Shown here in pieces: positions 47,170 to 57,997 of a stretch of 64,000 nucleotides of DNA. Source of the stretch: an uncultured archaeon (GTDB taxonomy: Archaea > Iainarchaeota > Iainarchaeia > Iainarchaeales > 1-14-0-10-31-34); NCBI GenBank assembly GCA_964608675.1, contig CAZSOZ010000001.1:192001-256000 (forward strand). Direction: 5' to 3'. Under the pieces are notes generated by a model that saw only the letters and a list, made by a program, of their open reading frames with translations, was not told the DNA's origin and did not search any database. Every line of letters starts with the position of its first letter. Position 1 is the stretch's first letter. The position numbers were made by a program, and so were the translations under genes.

Positions 47170-48387
47170 ATGAAGGTATTAATGCTGGGCTGGGAGTTTC
47201 CTCCTTTTAAATCCGGAGGACTTGGAACTTATTTGTATGGCTTTACTAAATCTCTTGCAGGAAAAGGCGCAGAAATCACTTTTGTTATGCCTTCAACCGG
47301 CCTTAAAATTAATCCTGGTTTCATTAATTTAATTCAAGCTGATGACAACTATTCTCATTTGGATGTAGTTGAAATTGAAGGTTTTGGTTTGCATCCTTAT
47401 ATTCCTTCTCTTTCTTTTAATTCTTCTTCGACTGTTTTGAATGATTCTCCTTCTTCTGATAAAAGCATTAATGCTTATGGAATGAATTTCTTTCAGAAAG
47501 TAAAGAATTACACTAATTCTGCTGTCAACAGAATGCAGTCTGTTTATTGTGATGTAATTCACTGCCATGACTGGATGACTTTTCCTTCAGGTATTGCATT
47601 AAAGGAAAGAAAAAAAAAGCCTTTGGTTGTCACAATTCATTCAACTGAATATGACAGGACAGGAAACCTTTCTCCTAATCATGTGATATGTGAAATTGAA
47701 AGAAAAGGCATGCATTCAGCTGATAAAGTAATTACAATCAGCAATTTCATGAAAAAGCAGTTAATTGAAAAATATGATGTTCCTGAACAAAAAATTTGCG
47801 TTGTATATAACGGTATAGATAAATCTTCTTATGTTGTTCAAGAAAAAACTTTTTTTCCGTTGAACGAAAAAATTGTTTTGTTTTTAGGGCGTTTGACTAT
47901 TCAAAAAGGCCCTGACTGGTTTCTTGAAGCAGCTTATCAAGTCCTTCAATTTCGTCCTAACACGCGTTTTGTGGTTGTAGGAAACGGAGACATGTTTTCT
48001 CAGTTAATTAATAAAGCTATTTCTATGGGGATTTCTGATAAAATTGTTTTTGCAGGCTTTCAGGATGACGTAAGAAAATTTTATTCTGTTGCTGATTTGT
48101 TTGTAATGCCTTCGGTTTCTGAGCCTTTTGGCTTGACTGCTTTGGAAGCTATGGCTTCAAATACTCCTGTAATTATTTCAAAGCAGTCAGGAGTAAGCGA
48201 AGTAATAAATCATTGTTTTAAACTTGATTTCTGGGATACTCAGGAAATGACAAACAAAATTGTAGGAATCCTTGATTACCCTCCTTTATCTAATGAACTT
48301 AAAAAGAATGCTTTTAATGAACTGCAGTCTTTCAGCTGGGATACAGTTGCAGACAAATGCCTTGAAGTTTTCAGAGAGGTAATCTGA
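47170..48387 (+). CDS. GT4 glycosyltransferase (glycogen-associated)
   Basis: GWEFPP..SGGLG, HCHDW and PSVSEPFG..ALEA motifs. Confidence 0.9.
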   Translation: MKVLMLGWEFPPFKSGGLGTYLYGFTKSLAGKGAEITFVMPSTGLKINPGFINLIQADDNYSHLDVVEIEGFGLHPYIPSLSFNSSSTVLNDSPSSDKSINAYGMNFFQKVKNYTNSAVNRMQSVYCDVIHCHDWMTFPSGIALKERKKKPLVVTIHSTEYDRTGNLSPNHVICEIERKGMHSADKVITISNFMKKQLIEKYDVPEQKICVVYNGIDKSSYVVQEKTFFPLNEKIVLFLGRLTIQKGPDWFLEAAYQVLQFRPNTRFVVVGNGDMFSQLINKAISMGISDKIVFAGFQDDVRKFYSVADLFVMPSVSEPFGLTALEAMASNTPVIISKQSGVSEVINHCFKLDFWDTQEMTNKIVGILDYPPLSNELKKNAFNELQSFSWDTVADKCLEVFREVI

Positions 48388-49565
48388 TGCCTTCTGTCTG
48401 TTTGTATTTTCATGTTCATCAGCCTTTGCGTTTAAAGAATTATTCTTTGTTTGATATCGGCAGGAACTCAAATTATTTTGATGATTCTGCAAACAAGTTT
48501 TATCTTGAACGAGTTTCAAAAAAATGTTATCTTCCTACAAACAAAATGCTGTTTGATTTAATTCAAAAGCATGAAGGAAAATTCAAATTTTGTTTTTCGA
48601 TTACAGGAGTTTTTCTTGACCAATTGGAAGAAAGTTTTCCTGAAGTAGTTTCTTCTTTTCAAAAGCTTGTTGATACAGGAAACGTTGAATTATTTGATGA
48701 AACTTATTATCATTCTCTTGCTTATCTTGTTTCAAAAAAAGAATTCATTAAACAAGTAAGAATGCATTCAAAGAAATTCAGGGAAGTATTTGGAGTTAAA
48801 CCTAAAATTTTTCGGAATACTGAAGCAATGTATTCTAACGATATAGCTGAAGCTGTTTCTGAAATGAATTTTAAGGGAATTGTGGCTGAAGGCCTTTCTC
48901 ATATTCTTGGCTGGCGTTCTCCTAATTTTGTTTACAAAGCAAAAAATTCAGGAATTAAAGTGCTTCTCAGAAACTATAAACTGGCTGATGATATTGCTTT
49001 CCGTTTTTCTTTGCGTGATTGGAAGGAATGGCCTTTAACTGCAGATAAATACTCTTCTTGGCTTTCTTCTAATAGAGGTCATTGCATTAATTTGTTTATG
49101 GATTACGAAACTTTTGGGGAACATCAATGGGAGTCAACTGGAATATTTAATTTTTTGTCTCATCTTCCTTCTGAAATTTTAAAATACAAAAATCTTGAAT
49201 TTTCCACTGCTTCTGAAATTATTTCTGATTATCCTGCAGTAGGAGAATTTGATGTTCCGTATGTTTCTTCTTGGGCTGATGTTGACAGAGATCTTTCAGC
49301 ATGGCTGGAGAACGAAATGCAGAAACAGGCTTTTAATGAAATAAAATCTTTGGAGGAAAAAATTCTTTCCTCTAAAAAAAGAAAACTTATTTCTGACTGG
49401 AGAAAACTGCAGATTTCTGATCATTTTTATTATATGTGCACTAAATGGTTTGCTGACGGTGACGTTCACAAATATTTTAATCCTTATGATTCTCCTTATG
49501 ATTCTTTTTTGAATTACATGAATGTGATTTCAGACATAAAAAACCGTTTGAAAACCGGAAGATAG
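48387..49565 (+). CDS. GH57 alpha-amylase
   Basis: FHVHQP, ETYYHSLA, FRNTE, MDYETFGEH and SDHFYYM motifs. Confidence 0.92.
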   Translation: MPSVCLYFHVHQPLRLKNYSLFDIGRNSNYFDDSANKFYLERVSKKCYLPTNKMLFDLIQKHEGKFKFCFSITGVFLDQLEESFPEVVSSFQKLVDTGNVELFDETYYHSLAYLVSKKEFIKQVRMHSKKFREVFGVKPKIFRNTEAMYSNDIAEAVSEMNFKGIVAEGLSHILGWRSPNFVYKAKNSGIKVLLRNYKLADDIAFRFSLRDWKEWPLTADKYSSWLSSNRGHCINLFMDYETFGEHQWESTGIFNFLSHLPSEILKYKNLEFSTASEIISDYPAVGEFDVPYVSSWADVDRDLSAWLENEMQKQAFNEIKSLEEKILSSKKRKLISDWRKLQISDHFYYMCTKWFADGDVHKYFNPYDSPYDSFLNYMNVISDIKNRLKTGR

Positions 49566-49620
49566 ATTTAATAATTTATTTTGTGCATTATTTATAGTTT
49601 ATTTTTTTAGGGGGTATTAA

Positions 49621-49815
49621 ATGGATTCAAGTGAATATTTTGGAAGCAAGGCAGGAACTGTTTGGGGGGCATTAAACAATAATAAACCAATGACTGCAAT
49701 TCAAATAAAAAAAGCAACTAAACTAAAATCAGAGCATGTTTTTGCTGCTTTGGGCTGGCTTGCAAGAGAAGGAAAAATAGGGATTTCAAAAAACAGGTTT
49801 TATTTAACTGAATAA
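49621..49815 (+). CDS. Small winged-helix protein (DUF2582-like)
   Basis: G.KAGTVW.AL...ALGWLAREGKI. Confidence 0.8.
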   Translation: MDSSEYFGSKAGTVWGALNNNKPMTAIQIKKATKLKSEHVFAALGWLAREGKIGISKNRFYLTE

Positions 49816-49856
49816 CTTTTTTTTTGATTGATTTTTTTTCTTTTATTTGTTTTTAG

Positions 49857-51638
49857 TTATTTTTCGTATGCTTTAAGGTAGTTTTCAATTAGGTTTCCCC
49901 AGTCAGCTAATCCAGAGTATTCTTTTGCCTTTATTTTTTTCTGCATTCTTTCCTGTTTTGAAAAAGAATACATTTCGTACATGGTTTTTTTCATTTCCTG
50001 CACTTCTTCTGAATATGTTTTTCCTTTTCTTTTTAATACTTGAATGCTTCCTTTTGCTTTTTTTCCAAGTTTTTCTTCTATGAACTGCCCAAAACCGCCT
50101 AAATTTGTTGTCACTGAAGGAACTCCTAATGCAGCTGTTTCTAACGGCGTATAACCCCATGGCTCGTAGTATGATGGAAACACTCCATAATGAGAGCCTA
50201 TTATTGCTTCATAATAATTTAATCCTATTAATCCGTCTGCTGTGCTTAAGTAAGTGGGGTAATAGATTATTTTCACTTTGTCTTCTTCTCTGTTTAATAA
50301 ATTATTCTTTTTTATTGCTTTGATTATTTCGTTTTCGTTTACATCAAAGGCACTTAATGGAGGCGTAAAGTCTTTTTTGCTTTTTAATTTTAACAGCATT
50401 TTTTTTGCGTTCATTAAAAAGTTTTTTTCAAATAAGTCGTCTTCCATTTTTTTTCCTTCCATTAAATTTCTGAATAATTTTTTGTGTATTTTTGGAAGCT
50501 CTCTTTCAATCATATCTTCTATTGTCTGGTGTATTGCCATGTTTTCCATTACTGCAATATTTCTTGCAGTGGTTTCTTCTGCAACCCATAAAAAAGCAAC
50601 AACAATTTTGTCTTGTTTTTCTTTTTTTAATTGTTTGTTTAATTCTCCTAAACCGTCAATAAACAAGTCTATTCCTTTGTTGTGGACTTCGTGTCTTCCT
50701 GCAATAAAATAAAAAATCGTGTTTTTTATGTTAAAATAATAATACGGATAAAAGTATGCTTCAACGAATTCTCTTATTCTATTTCTGTATTGTTTGTGTA
50801 AAATGCTTAAGTCTTCCATTATCGGAAATTTTTCCATGTCTAGTCCGTTTGGAAGAATTAAATCGCATTTTTTTCCTAAAAGAAATTCTGCTTCTCTTGC
50901 TACGGCTTTGCTTACGCTTGTAAATACATCTGCATTCCATGCACACGTTTTTTCCAGCAAAAATTTTGCCTGCATTCCATAATCGTATGCAAGCTGTGCG
51001 TCAGCTGGCTTTTTTTCTTTGAATCCTTTTTCTATTAATTCATATAAATCCTGTTTTTTTGATTCTGCTATAGTTCTTCCTAAAGCTGTTGCGTGGGTTG
51101 TAAAAATTGTTTTTGTTTTGCTTTTTATTTTTTTTAAGTGAAGCAGTCCTGTTCCGCTTAAGTATTCATGAAAGTGTGCAATTATTTTCTTTTTTCCAAA
51201 AACATTATTTTTTTCGAGTTTTTCTATGGTTAATCCAACTGCTTTTGCCCAGACTATTGGTTCATCAAACCAGTCGTTTGCTCCTAATGAATCTATTTTG
51301 AATTCATCCCATAACTCTTTTTTTATTTCGTTTGTTTTATTTTTTAAATTTGAATGGTCTATGAGAATGCATTCAGGGCTTTTTTCTGCCATCACCCAGT
51401 TTCCGTAATGGCATTTTATTCCAAATTCTTTTTCTAATTCCACAAAACTTTGATGGAATTTTTCTGGAATTTTTTTTTCTTCAAATTCTGTTTTAGCTTT
51501 TTTTTCGTAGTAAGGCCCTATTTCATAAAATTCTGGAATTCTTTCAATCATTCTTGCTGCCTTGCTGGTTAAAACCGTGTGAATTCCTCCGTATTTGTTG
51601 CCAACTTCATAGCTTGCTTCTAACACAACATAATCCAT
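49857..51638 (-). CDS. GT3-family glycogen synthase
   Basis: EASYEVGNKYGGIHTV, AHFHE, FTTHAT.LGR, GR.E.HNKG and FPSYYEPWGYTPLE motifs. Confidence 0.9.
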   Translation of the reverse strand: MDYVVLEASYEVGNKYGGIHTVLTSKAARMIERIPEFYEIGPYYEKKAKTEFEEKKIPEKFHQSFVELEKEFGIKCHYGNWVMAEKSPECILIDHSNLKNKTNEIKKELWDEFKIDSLGANDWFDEPIVWAKAVGLTIEKLEKNNVFGKKKIIAHFHEYLSGTGLLHLKKIKSKTKTIFTTHATALGRTIAESKKQDLYELIEKGFKEKKPADAQLAYDYGMQAKFLLEKTCAWNADVFTSVSKAVAREAEFLLGKKCDLILPNGLDMEKFPIMEDLSILHKQYRNRIREFVEAYFYPYYYFNIKNTIFYFIAGRHEVHNKGIDLFIDGLGELNKQLKKEKQDKIVVAFLWVAEETTARNIAVMENMAIHQTIEDMIERELPKIHKKLFRNLMEGKKMEDDLFEKNFLMNAKKMLLKLKSKKDFTPPLSAFDVNENEIIKAIKKNNLLNREEDKVKIIYYPTYLSTADGLIGLNYYEAIIGSHYGVFPSYYEPWGYTPLETAALGVPSVTTNLGGFGQFIEEKLGKKAKGSIQVLKRKGKTYSEEVQEMKKTMYEMYSFSKQERMQKKIKAKEYSGLADWGNLIENYLKAYEK

Positions 51639-51713
51639 TAATTCACCGTTTTAATCCATTAATAATCAGGCTTTTCTTTTATTAAATTTATCTTATTAAA
51701 AAAAGAGTTTTTT

Positions 51714-52007
51714 TTACCGAATGTTTGGTTTATCGCATGCTTGATAATAATTATCTTTTGTTCCATCTGAATTAATTGTATAACAATAACACCACCCTAT
51801 GTTTCCGTTGTTTGAATGATCTTCTCCAAAACATTTTTCTCCTGAACAAGTTCTGGTGCTTCCATTCTCGCATTCCACAGTAATACTTTTATTTAAAGGA
51901 ACAATTGATTTTATTACAGGTTCTTCAATTATTTTCATTTCATTAAAAGAACCTGAAACAATAACCACTAAAAACAAGACAATTATTACTATAAAAATTT
52001 TTTTCAT
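51714..52007 (-). CDS. Small secreted Cys-rich protein
   Basis: Signal peptide; six Cys. Confidence 0.55.
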   Translation of the reverse strand: MKKIFIVIIVLFLVVIVSGSFNEMKIIEEPVIKSIVPLNKSITVECENGSTRTCSGEKCFGEDHSNNGNIGWCYCYTINSDGTKDNYYQACDKPNIR

Positions 52008-52084
52008 TTACTCCCCTCAAATAATATTTTCTTTTTTTTTTATATTTAAATAAATTCTATTTAAATTAGATTTATCTATAGAGT

Positions 52085-53071
52085 TCAAGCTTTTTTTAGT
52101 TCTTCTGCTGCTTGTTCTGGCGGCACTTCAATTAATACGATTCCTGTGCCTTTTTCTATTCCTCCGTAAACTTTTTTGACGTTTGGCTGAATTTTTAAAT
52201 GAAAGCAGTAAGCAGGATTTTTTTTCGTTAATTCATGCAAAAAATAATTGTATGGGGGATTACCTAATTTTTTTAGTTTGTTTAAAACAAGTTTTATTGC
52301 TTCAGCTAAATCTTCTAAAACTTCTTCGTTCATTTCAGTTAAATTTGAGTATTGTTTTTTTGGCATAATCCATGTTTCATAAGTCCATTTTGGCGCAAAA
52401 GCAGTAAAGACAACAAAATTTTTGTTTTCAAAGATTTTTCTTTCACTTTTGTTTTCGTTTTCTGCTATTTTCAAGAAAACATTTTTTTTGTGTTTTTCAT
52501 AAAAATCTTCTGCTTTTTTTATTTCTCTTTGAATTAAGTTTGGAATAAAAGGAAAAGTAATTATCTGTGAATGATTGTGTGAAAGAGAGGCACCGCATTC
52601 TTTTCCAAAGTTTTTTATTATTAAAACATGTTTTACTCCTTTTCTTTTTTGTAATTCGTTTTCTCTTTCCTTGTAAGCATTAAATAATTCTTTCATTTCT
52701 TTTTTTGTTAGTTCTGATAATTCTTTTGAATGAACGTTTGTTTCTACTATTATTTCATGGTAGCCAAACGCATTTCCGTATTCCAATAACTCTTTTTTTT
52801 CTTTTTTAAATTCTTTTTTTGACTGCATGGCAGAAAATTTGTTGTTAAATCCTCTTAAGTCCCATTTTATTTTGTTTCCTGTCCTGAAAATTTCTGGAGG
52901 AGTCTGTTTTTCGTTTCCCAGACAAAAAGGGCAGTTTAAGTCAATTTCTTTTTTTTCTTTTTCAATTGTTTTTTCTCTTTGATGGTCAAATGGTCTTTTG
53001 CTCCTGTTTTTTGAAATAATTACCCATTCATCCAGCAAATAGTCTTTTCTTAATTCATTTATTTTTTCCAT
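52085..53071 (-). CDS. galT: Galactose-1-phosphate uridylyltransferase (GalT/HIT family)
   Basis: ELR.D....WV, R.KRP, CPFC.GNE and GASLSHNHSQ motifs. Confidence 0.88.
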   Translation of the reverse strand: MEKINELRKDYLLDEWVIISKNRSKRPFDHQREKTIEKEKKEIDLNCPFCLGNEKQTPPEIFRTGNKIKWDLRGFNNKFSAMQSKKEFKKEKKELLEYGNAFGYHEIIVETNVHSKELSELTKKEMKELFNAYKERENELQKRKGVKHVLIIKNFGKECGASLSHNHSQIITFPFIPNLIQREIKKAEDFYEKHKKNVFLKIAENENKSERKIFENKNFVVFTAFAPKWTYETWIMPKKQYSNLTEMNEEVLEDLAEAIKLVLNKLKKLGNPPYNYFLHELTKKNPAYCFHLKIQPNVKKVYGGIEKGTGIVLIEVPPEQAAEELKKA

Positions 53072-53116
53072 AATCTCTTTAAGACTTTGTTTTTTATATT
53101 TCTATTGGTTTTTTGA

Positions 53117-54484
53117 ATGAAAGTTAACCCTAATATTTTCAGGCAGTATGATATAAGAGGTTTAGTTAACGAAGAACTTTCAGGAAACTTCAGTGAATTT
53201 TTAGGAAAAGCAATAGGAACTTATTTAATTGAAAACGGCGGAAAAATTGCAGTAGTAGGCCATGATAACAGGCCGTCTTCTCCTTCTTTTGCAAAGAATT
53301 TAATTAAAGGTCTTGTTTCAACTGGAATCGAAGTCCTTGATGTTGGTTTGGTTCCTACTCCTGCTTATTATTTTTCGGTTATTTATTTTGAAGCTCATGG
53401 CGGTGCAATGATTACTGGTTCTCATAATCCTTCTGAATTCAACGGCTTTAAGATTTCAAAAGGAAACCATGCAGTTTTTGGAGAAGAAATTCAAAAAATA
53501 AGGCAATTAATGGAAAAAGAAAATTTTATTGAAGGAAAAGGAAGCGTAATAAAAAAGAGTGTTTTGAAAATTTATGCTGAAACCATTTTAAAGAAAGTTT
53601 CGTTGAAGAAAAAATTAAAGGTTGTATTGGACTGCGGGAATGGAGTAGGAAGCGTTATTGCTCCTGAAATTTTAAGAAAACTTAATACAAATTTAACTGA
53701 ATTATATTGTGTTTCGGACGGAACTTTTCCTAATCATCATCCTGATCCAACTTTGCCTTCTACTTTGACTGATTTGATTGCAAAAGTAAAGGAACTGAAT
53801 GCTGATATAGGGATTGCTTTGGATGGTGATGCAGACAGAATCGGTGTTGTAGATGAAAAAGGAAATATTTTATGGGGAGACCAGTTAATGATTTTGTTTT
53901 CTCGTGAATTGTTAGAAAAAATTCCTGGCGCAAAAATTTTAGTTGAAGTCAAATGCTCTCAGGCTTTAATTGATGACATTAAAAATCATAAAGGCCGGCC
54001 AGTTTTGTCTCCTACAGGACATAGCATTATTGAAGCAAAAATGGTTGAAGAGCATGCTTATATTGCAGGAGAAATGTCTGGCCACATGTTTTTTAGAGAT
54101 GAATATTTTGGTTTTGATGACGCAATTTATGCTTCTGCCAGAATTTTAAGGATTCTTTCTAATTCAGATAAAAAGCTTTCTGAAATGCTTGCTGATGCAC
54201 CAAAATATTTTTCTTCTCCTGAAATCAGAGTCGAGTGTTCTGATGAAGAAAAATTTGAAGTAGTAAAAAAAGTTGGAGACTTTTTTAAGGAAAACCATAA
54301 AGTAATTGGAGTGGATGGAGCAAGAGTATTGTTTGAAGATGGATGGGGTTTAATTCGTGCTTCAAACACTCAGCCTGTTCTTGTTTTAAGGTTTGAAGCA
54401 AAAACAAAACAGTTTTTAGAGGAAATCAAATCAAAATTCCGCCAAAAATTAAATGAATTTGAATGCGTTAAATTAAACTTCTGA
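53117..54484 (+). CDS. Phosphomannomutase/phosphoglucomutase
   Basis: ITGSHNP, DGDADR, GEMSGH and RASNTQP motifs. Confidence 0.93.
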   Translation: MKVNPNIFRQYDIRGLVNEELSGNFSEFLGKAIGTYLIENGGKIAVVGHDNRPSSPSFAKNLIKGLVSTGIEVLDVGLVPTPAYYFSVIYFEAHGGAMITGSHNPSEFNGFKISKGNHAVFGEEIQKIRQLMEKENFIEGKGSVIKKSVLKIYAETILKKVSLKKKLKVVLDCGNGVGSVIAPEILRKLNTNLTELYCVSDGTFPNHHPDPTLPSTLTDLIAKVKELNADIGIALDGDADRIGVVDEKGNILWGDQLMILFSRELLEKIPGAKILVEVKCSQALIDDIKNHKGRPVLSPTGHSIIEAKMVEEHAYIAGEMSGHMFFRDEYFGFDDAIYASARILRILSNSDKKLSEMLADAPKYFSSPEIRVECSDEEKFEVVKKVGDFFKENHKVIGVDGARVLFEDGWGLIRASNTQPVLVLRFEAKTKQFLEEIKSKFRQKLNEFECVKLNF

Positions 54485-54636
54485 TTTTTTTCTTTTTTAA
54501 CGCTAACGTATCTCTAAAAAGTTTTAAGTTTTTCTGCTAGCGAAGATAAATTTTTTTTTTTAAAGCATTTCCTTTGCGTGTATTTGTATATTTTTACAAG
54601 CTCTTTTATATTATATAAAAAGCTTTTTTCTTTAAA

Positions 54637-56481
54637 TCAGTAAAATTCGGTTTTAATTTTCTTGTTTGTTGTTTTAGCTAGAATTTTGCCTTTCTTCTTT
54701 TCAACAATTAATTCAAATAAAGTGTTTCCTATTCTGATTTTTCTTTTAATGAATTTAATGCTTTCAGGAAGTTTTGGTTGTAAAAAAATTTTTTTTTCAA
54801 ATGCATTTAATTTTATTCCAAGCATGAATTCATCTATTGCTTTTACTGCAAGTGCGTGGCCCCATAACTGCATTCCACATCCTTTTAGTTCTCCTTTTGA
54901 ATTCCAACATTCTCCTATTCCTCCAACACAGTCTTGATTTAAGTCTTCTGAAAATTTCATTAAATATTCTAATGCTTTTTCTTTTCTTTCTGCTTTGAAT
55001 TCACTGCACGCCATCCATCCATTACATAAACTCCAGCTTAATCCTGTGTGATAGCCTTCGTTAAATTTTTTTTCTTTTCTGCTTAAAGTCAGAATTCCTT
55101 TTTTTGAGTTGAATTCTTCTGATTCAAATAATTCAATTTCTTTTTTTGTTGCAGGTTTCTGCATTAAGTAAACTAATGGATTGCAGGTTTTTATGAATTC
55201 ATTTTTTTCATTTAATAAATCTCTGTAAACTGAATTTTTTTCAAAGTTTTTTATTATTTTTCTGTTTAATTCAACTGCTTTTTTTTCTGTTTCGTGTACT
55301 TCTTTTTCTTTTTCCTTTAATACAAGCAGGTTTCTGATTGAATGCAGGGCTTTCAGATAGAGTGCCTGTATTTCTATTCCTGCTCCTTTTCTTTTAATTG
55401 AATCCATCCATGTTTCGTTTTCTTTATGAAAAATTAATCCTTGTTTTTCTTTTGTTTTAATGAAATCCATTACTTTTTTGTATTTGATTTTTTTAAGTAT
55501 TTTTTTGTTTCCTGAAGCAAAAACATAACTGCTTAATCCAATTAAAAACAAAAGTGATGCATCAATTGAATTAAAGAAAACTTTTTTTCCTTCAATGTAA
55601 TTAGGAATTTTTCCGTTTTTGTTTTTTTTCCAGAAATACAATAAAATTTTTTCTGCTTTTTCAAATTCTCCTAAAGACAGCAGTGCATTCAGACTCCATA
55701 AATTGTCTCTCCCCCAGTACTGCAGAAACCAAGGGTAGCCGGCAAAAAAATTTTTGTTGTTTTTCAGCAAAGTAATTCCTTTTGCTGAATCAGCAAACAG
55801 TCTTTTAATTTCATTGTTATTGCATTCAATTAATTTTTCTGTTTTTTTGTTTTCTTTTTCTTTTTTTTGTATTTCTTTTTTTATGTCTTTTTCAGTTAAC
55901 TTTTTTTCTTTTTCTGGAATCACTGCAAAAATTAATTGTTTTCCTTTAAGCAGGATTTTTCCAGGAACAAAATATTTTTGTTTTTCGTTTGACGGAAAAT
56001 GAGTTTCTTCTTTTTTTTCTTCAATGAAATTCATTTTTCCTTTAATTAAAAAAAAGTTTAGTTTTCCTAAGTCATTTGAAATTTTTATTTTGTTTTTCTT
56101 TTTGTTTGTTTTTATTTGATATTTTCTTTGAGTTAAATTTTCTTCTCTTTTCCTTATGTTTACTGCTAATTTAAGTTCTGTTTCTTTTTCTTTCAAAAAA
56201 TTTATTTTTACATACAAGCCTGTCTTGTTTTTTGGAATAAATAAGGTTTCGGTTGAATTATCGTTATACGAGTGAACTGCTTTAATGTAATTGTATTCGG
56301 TTTTTTTGCATTTGTTTTCTTTCATTCCTTTAATTGAATAATATTCCAAGTATTTGTTTGAATTTTTCCATAATCCTGTCCATTTTGTTTTGAAGCCGTT
56401 ATCACAGTATCTTGAAAAAAAGCCTTTGTTTCCTGATAGAACATAATATTTTTGTTCTTTGTTTTCTGTAATTGAATGCAT
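54637..56481 (-). CDS. Amylo-alpha-1,6-glucosidase (glycogen debranching, GH133-like)
   Basis: AGYPWF..WGRD, TWMD, GYH.G..W and QLW motifs. Confidence 0.8.
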   Translation of the reverse strand: MHSITENKEQKYYVLSGNKGFFSRYCDNGFKTKWTGLWKNSNKYLEYYSIKGMKENKCKKTEYNYIKAVHSYNDNSTETLFIPKNKTGLYVKINFLKEKETELKLAVNIRKREENLTQRKYQIKTNKKKNKIKISNDLGKLNFFLIKGKMNFIEEKKEETHFPSNEKQKYFVPGKILLKGKQLIFAVIPEKEKKLTEKDIKKEIQKKEKENKKTEKLIECNNNEIKRLFADSAKGITLLKNNKNFFAGYPWFLQYWGRDNLWSLNALLSLGEFEKAEKILLYFWKKNKNGKIPNYIEGKKVFFNSIDASLLFLIGLSSYVFASGNKKILKKIKYKKVMDFIKTKEKQGLIFHKENETWMDSIKRKGAGIEIQALYLKALHSIRNLLVLKEKEKEVHETEKKAVELNRKIIKNFEKNSVYRDLLNEKNEFIKTCNPLVYLMQKPATKKEIELFESEEFNSKKGILTLSRKEKKFNEGYHTGLSWSLCNGWMACSEFKAERKEKALEYLMKFSEDLNQDCVGGIGECWNSKGELKGCGMQLWGHALAVKAIDEFMLGIKLNAFEKKIFLQPKLPESIKFIKRKIRIGNTLFELIVEKKKGKILAKTTNKKIKTEFY

Positions 56482-56537
56482 TCCTTCAGATTTTTGTCTT
56501 AACTTGATTTAAATTTATTCATCGTTTTTTGCGTTTT

Positions 56538-57956
56538 TTATTTTGAGTTTAATTGTTCTGCAATTTTTTTGTTTAATTTTTCTTTAAATTCTTTTATTTG
56601 AGCTGAATTTATTCTGCATCCTGCAGCTATTTTGTGTCCTCCGCCTTCTGCTTCTTTTCCTAATTCAAGGCAGGTTTCTTTTAGGATTTTTCCTAAATTT
56701 AATCCTTTTCTTATTAGTTCGTCTGTTGCTCTTGCGCTTACTTTAATTAATTTGTCTGATTGTTTTGCAAAAGCAATTATTGGTTTGTTTTGGCTTATCA
56801 TTTCTGAACCGTAAAGCATTCCTGCAATAATTCCTACTATTTCTTCTTTAATGTTTTCTCCTGAATCAAAGAAATAAAATTCTTTTTCTTCTTTAATTCC
56901 TTGTTTTTGCACCCATTCTATGCCTCCTCTTAATTGTCTTCTGTGTTCTAAAAGAAGATCCATTGCATTTTGATAAGCATTAATTCTGTCTCCCATGCAG
57001 ACTATTAATCCTATTTCAGGCATTCCGTGCCTTCCGCAGGCATTTAAAAGTGTGGCAAATTCTTTTGCATCTCTTAAGGGGCTTTCTGGGTTTTCTTTCA
57101 GCAGAGTGTATGTTTCTCCTATAATGTTTTTTGCCCTGTTTTCTGTGAAGCCTTTTTCAATTAAATGCATTATTAAATATGAAGTTAATTTCTTTTTTTC
57201 TTCAAAGCTTAAATCAGAGTATGTTTTCCATTTTTCTTTTTCTTTTAATTGAATTCCTTTTTCTGAAATGAATTCAGAACTGGCTTTTTCGTTTGCAGCC
57301 AAACCAGGAAAAACAGGACTGGTGGAATAAGAAATAAACTGGGTTAAAGGCCTTGAAATTTTTCCGTAGACTCTTAAATCGTTTTCTTTTTTTATTAATC
57401 CTGTTTCTTCTGCATCTTTTAAAATTTCTTGATTTAACCCTTCAAGTTTTCCTTTGTAATCCTGCATGTCTCCTACTGCCCCTACTACTCCTAAAACACT
57501 TAAGTCTTTGTTTTTTTCTGAAATTTCTTTTGCAACTAAGTATGCCATTCCTGCTCCTGAAATTTCTTTTCCTCCGTCAAAACCAAACAAAAATGGATTT
57601 GAATGAAATTTGTATTCTGTTTTTTCGGGCAGATGGTGGTCTATCACAAAAAAATTTTTTTTAAGTTTTTCTTCAAGAAGATTTATTTGTCCTGAACCAA
57701 AATCAACAAAAACCCAGTTTTTTCCTTTATCTTTTATTTTTTGTATTGTTTCTGAATACAACTGTTTTACTGTAATGTTTTCAAATTTTTTGTTTTCTCT
57801 TTCTAGTGTTTTTGCCATTATTGCTCCTGCACATAATCCGTCTGCATCATGATGATTTATAATAACAAATTCGTTTCTTTTGAGGATTTCTTCTGCAATC
57901 TCTTTGTTTCTTTTTTTTAGTTCCTGAAAATTTCCCATAAAAAATTTCTTTTCCAT
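56538..57956 (-). CDS. DHH-family RecJ/GAN-like phosphoesterase
   Basis: HHDADG, DFGSG, IDHH, GAVGD and GGGH..AAG motifs. Confidence 0.9.
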   Translation of the reverse strand: MEKKFFMGNFQELKKRNKEIAEEILKRNEFVIINHHDADGLCAGAIMAKTLERENKKFENITVKQLYSETIQKIKDKGKNWVFVDFGSGQINLLEEKLKKNFFVIDHHLPEKTEYKFHSNPFLFGFDGGKEISGAGMAYLVAKEISEKNKDLSVLGVVGAVGDMQDYKGKLEGLNQEILKDAEETGLIKKENDLRVYGKISRPLTQFISYSTSPVFPGLAANEKASSEFISEKGIQLKEKEKWKTYSDLSFEEKKKLTSYLIMHLIEKGFTENRAKNIIGETYTLLKENPESPLRDAKEFATLLNACGRHGMPEIGLIVCMGDRINAYQNAMDLLLEHRRQLRGGIEWVQKQGIKEEKEFYFFDSGENIKEEIVGIIAGMLYGSEMISQNKPIIAFAKQSDKLIKVSARATDELIRKGLNLGKILKETCLELGKEAEGGGHKIAAGCRINSAQIKEFKEKLNKKIAEQLNSK

Positions 57957-57997
57957 TAACCGTTTAATTCTTTTCCTTCTTTTATTTAATTGATTTC

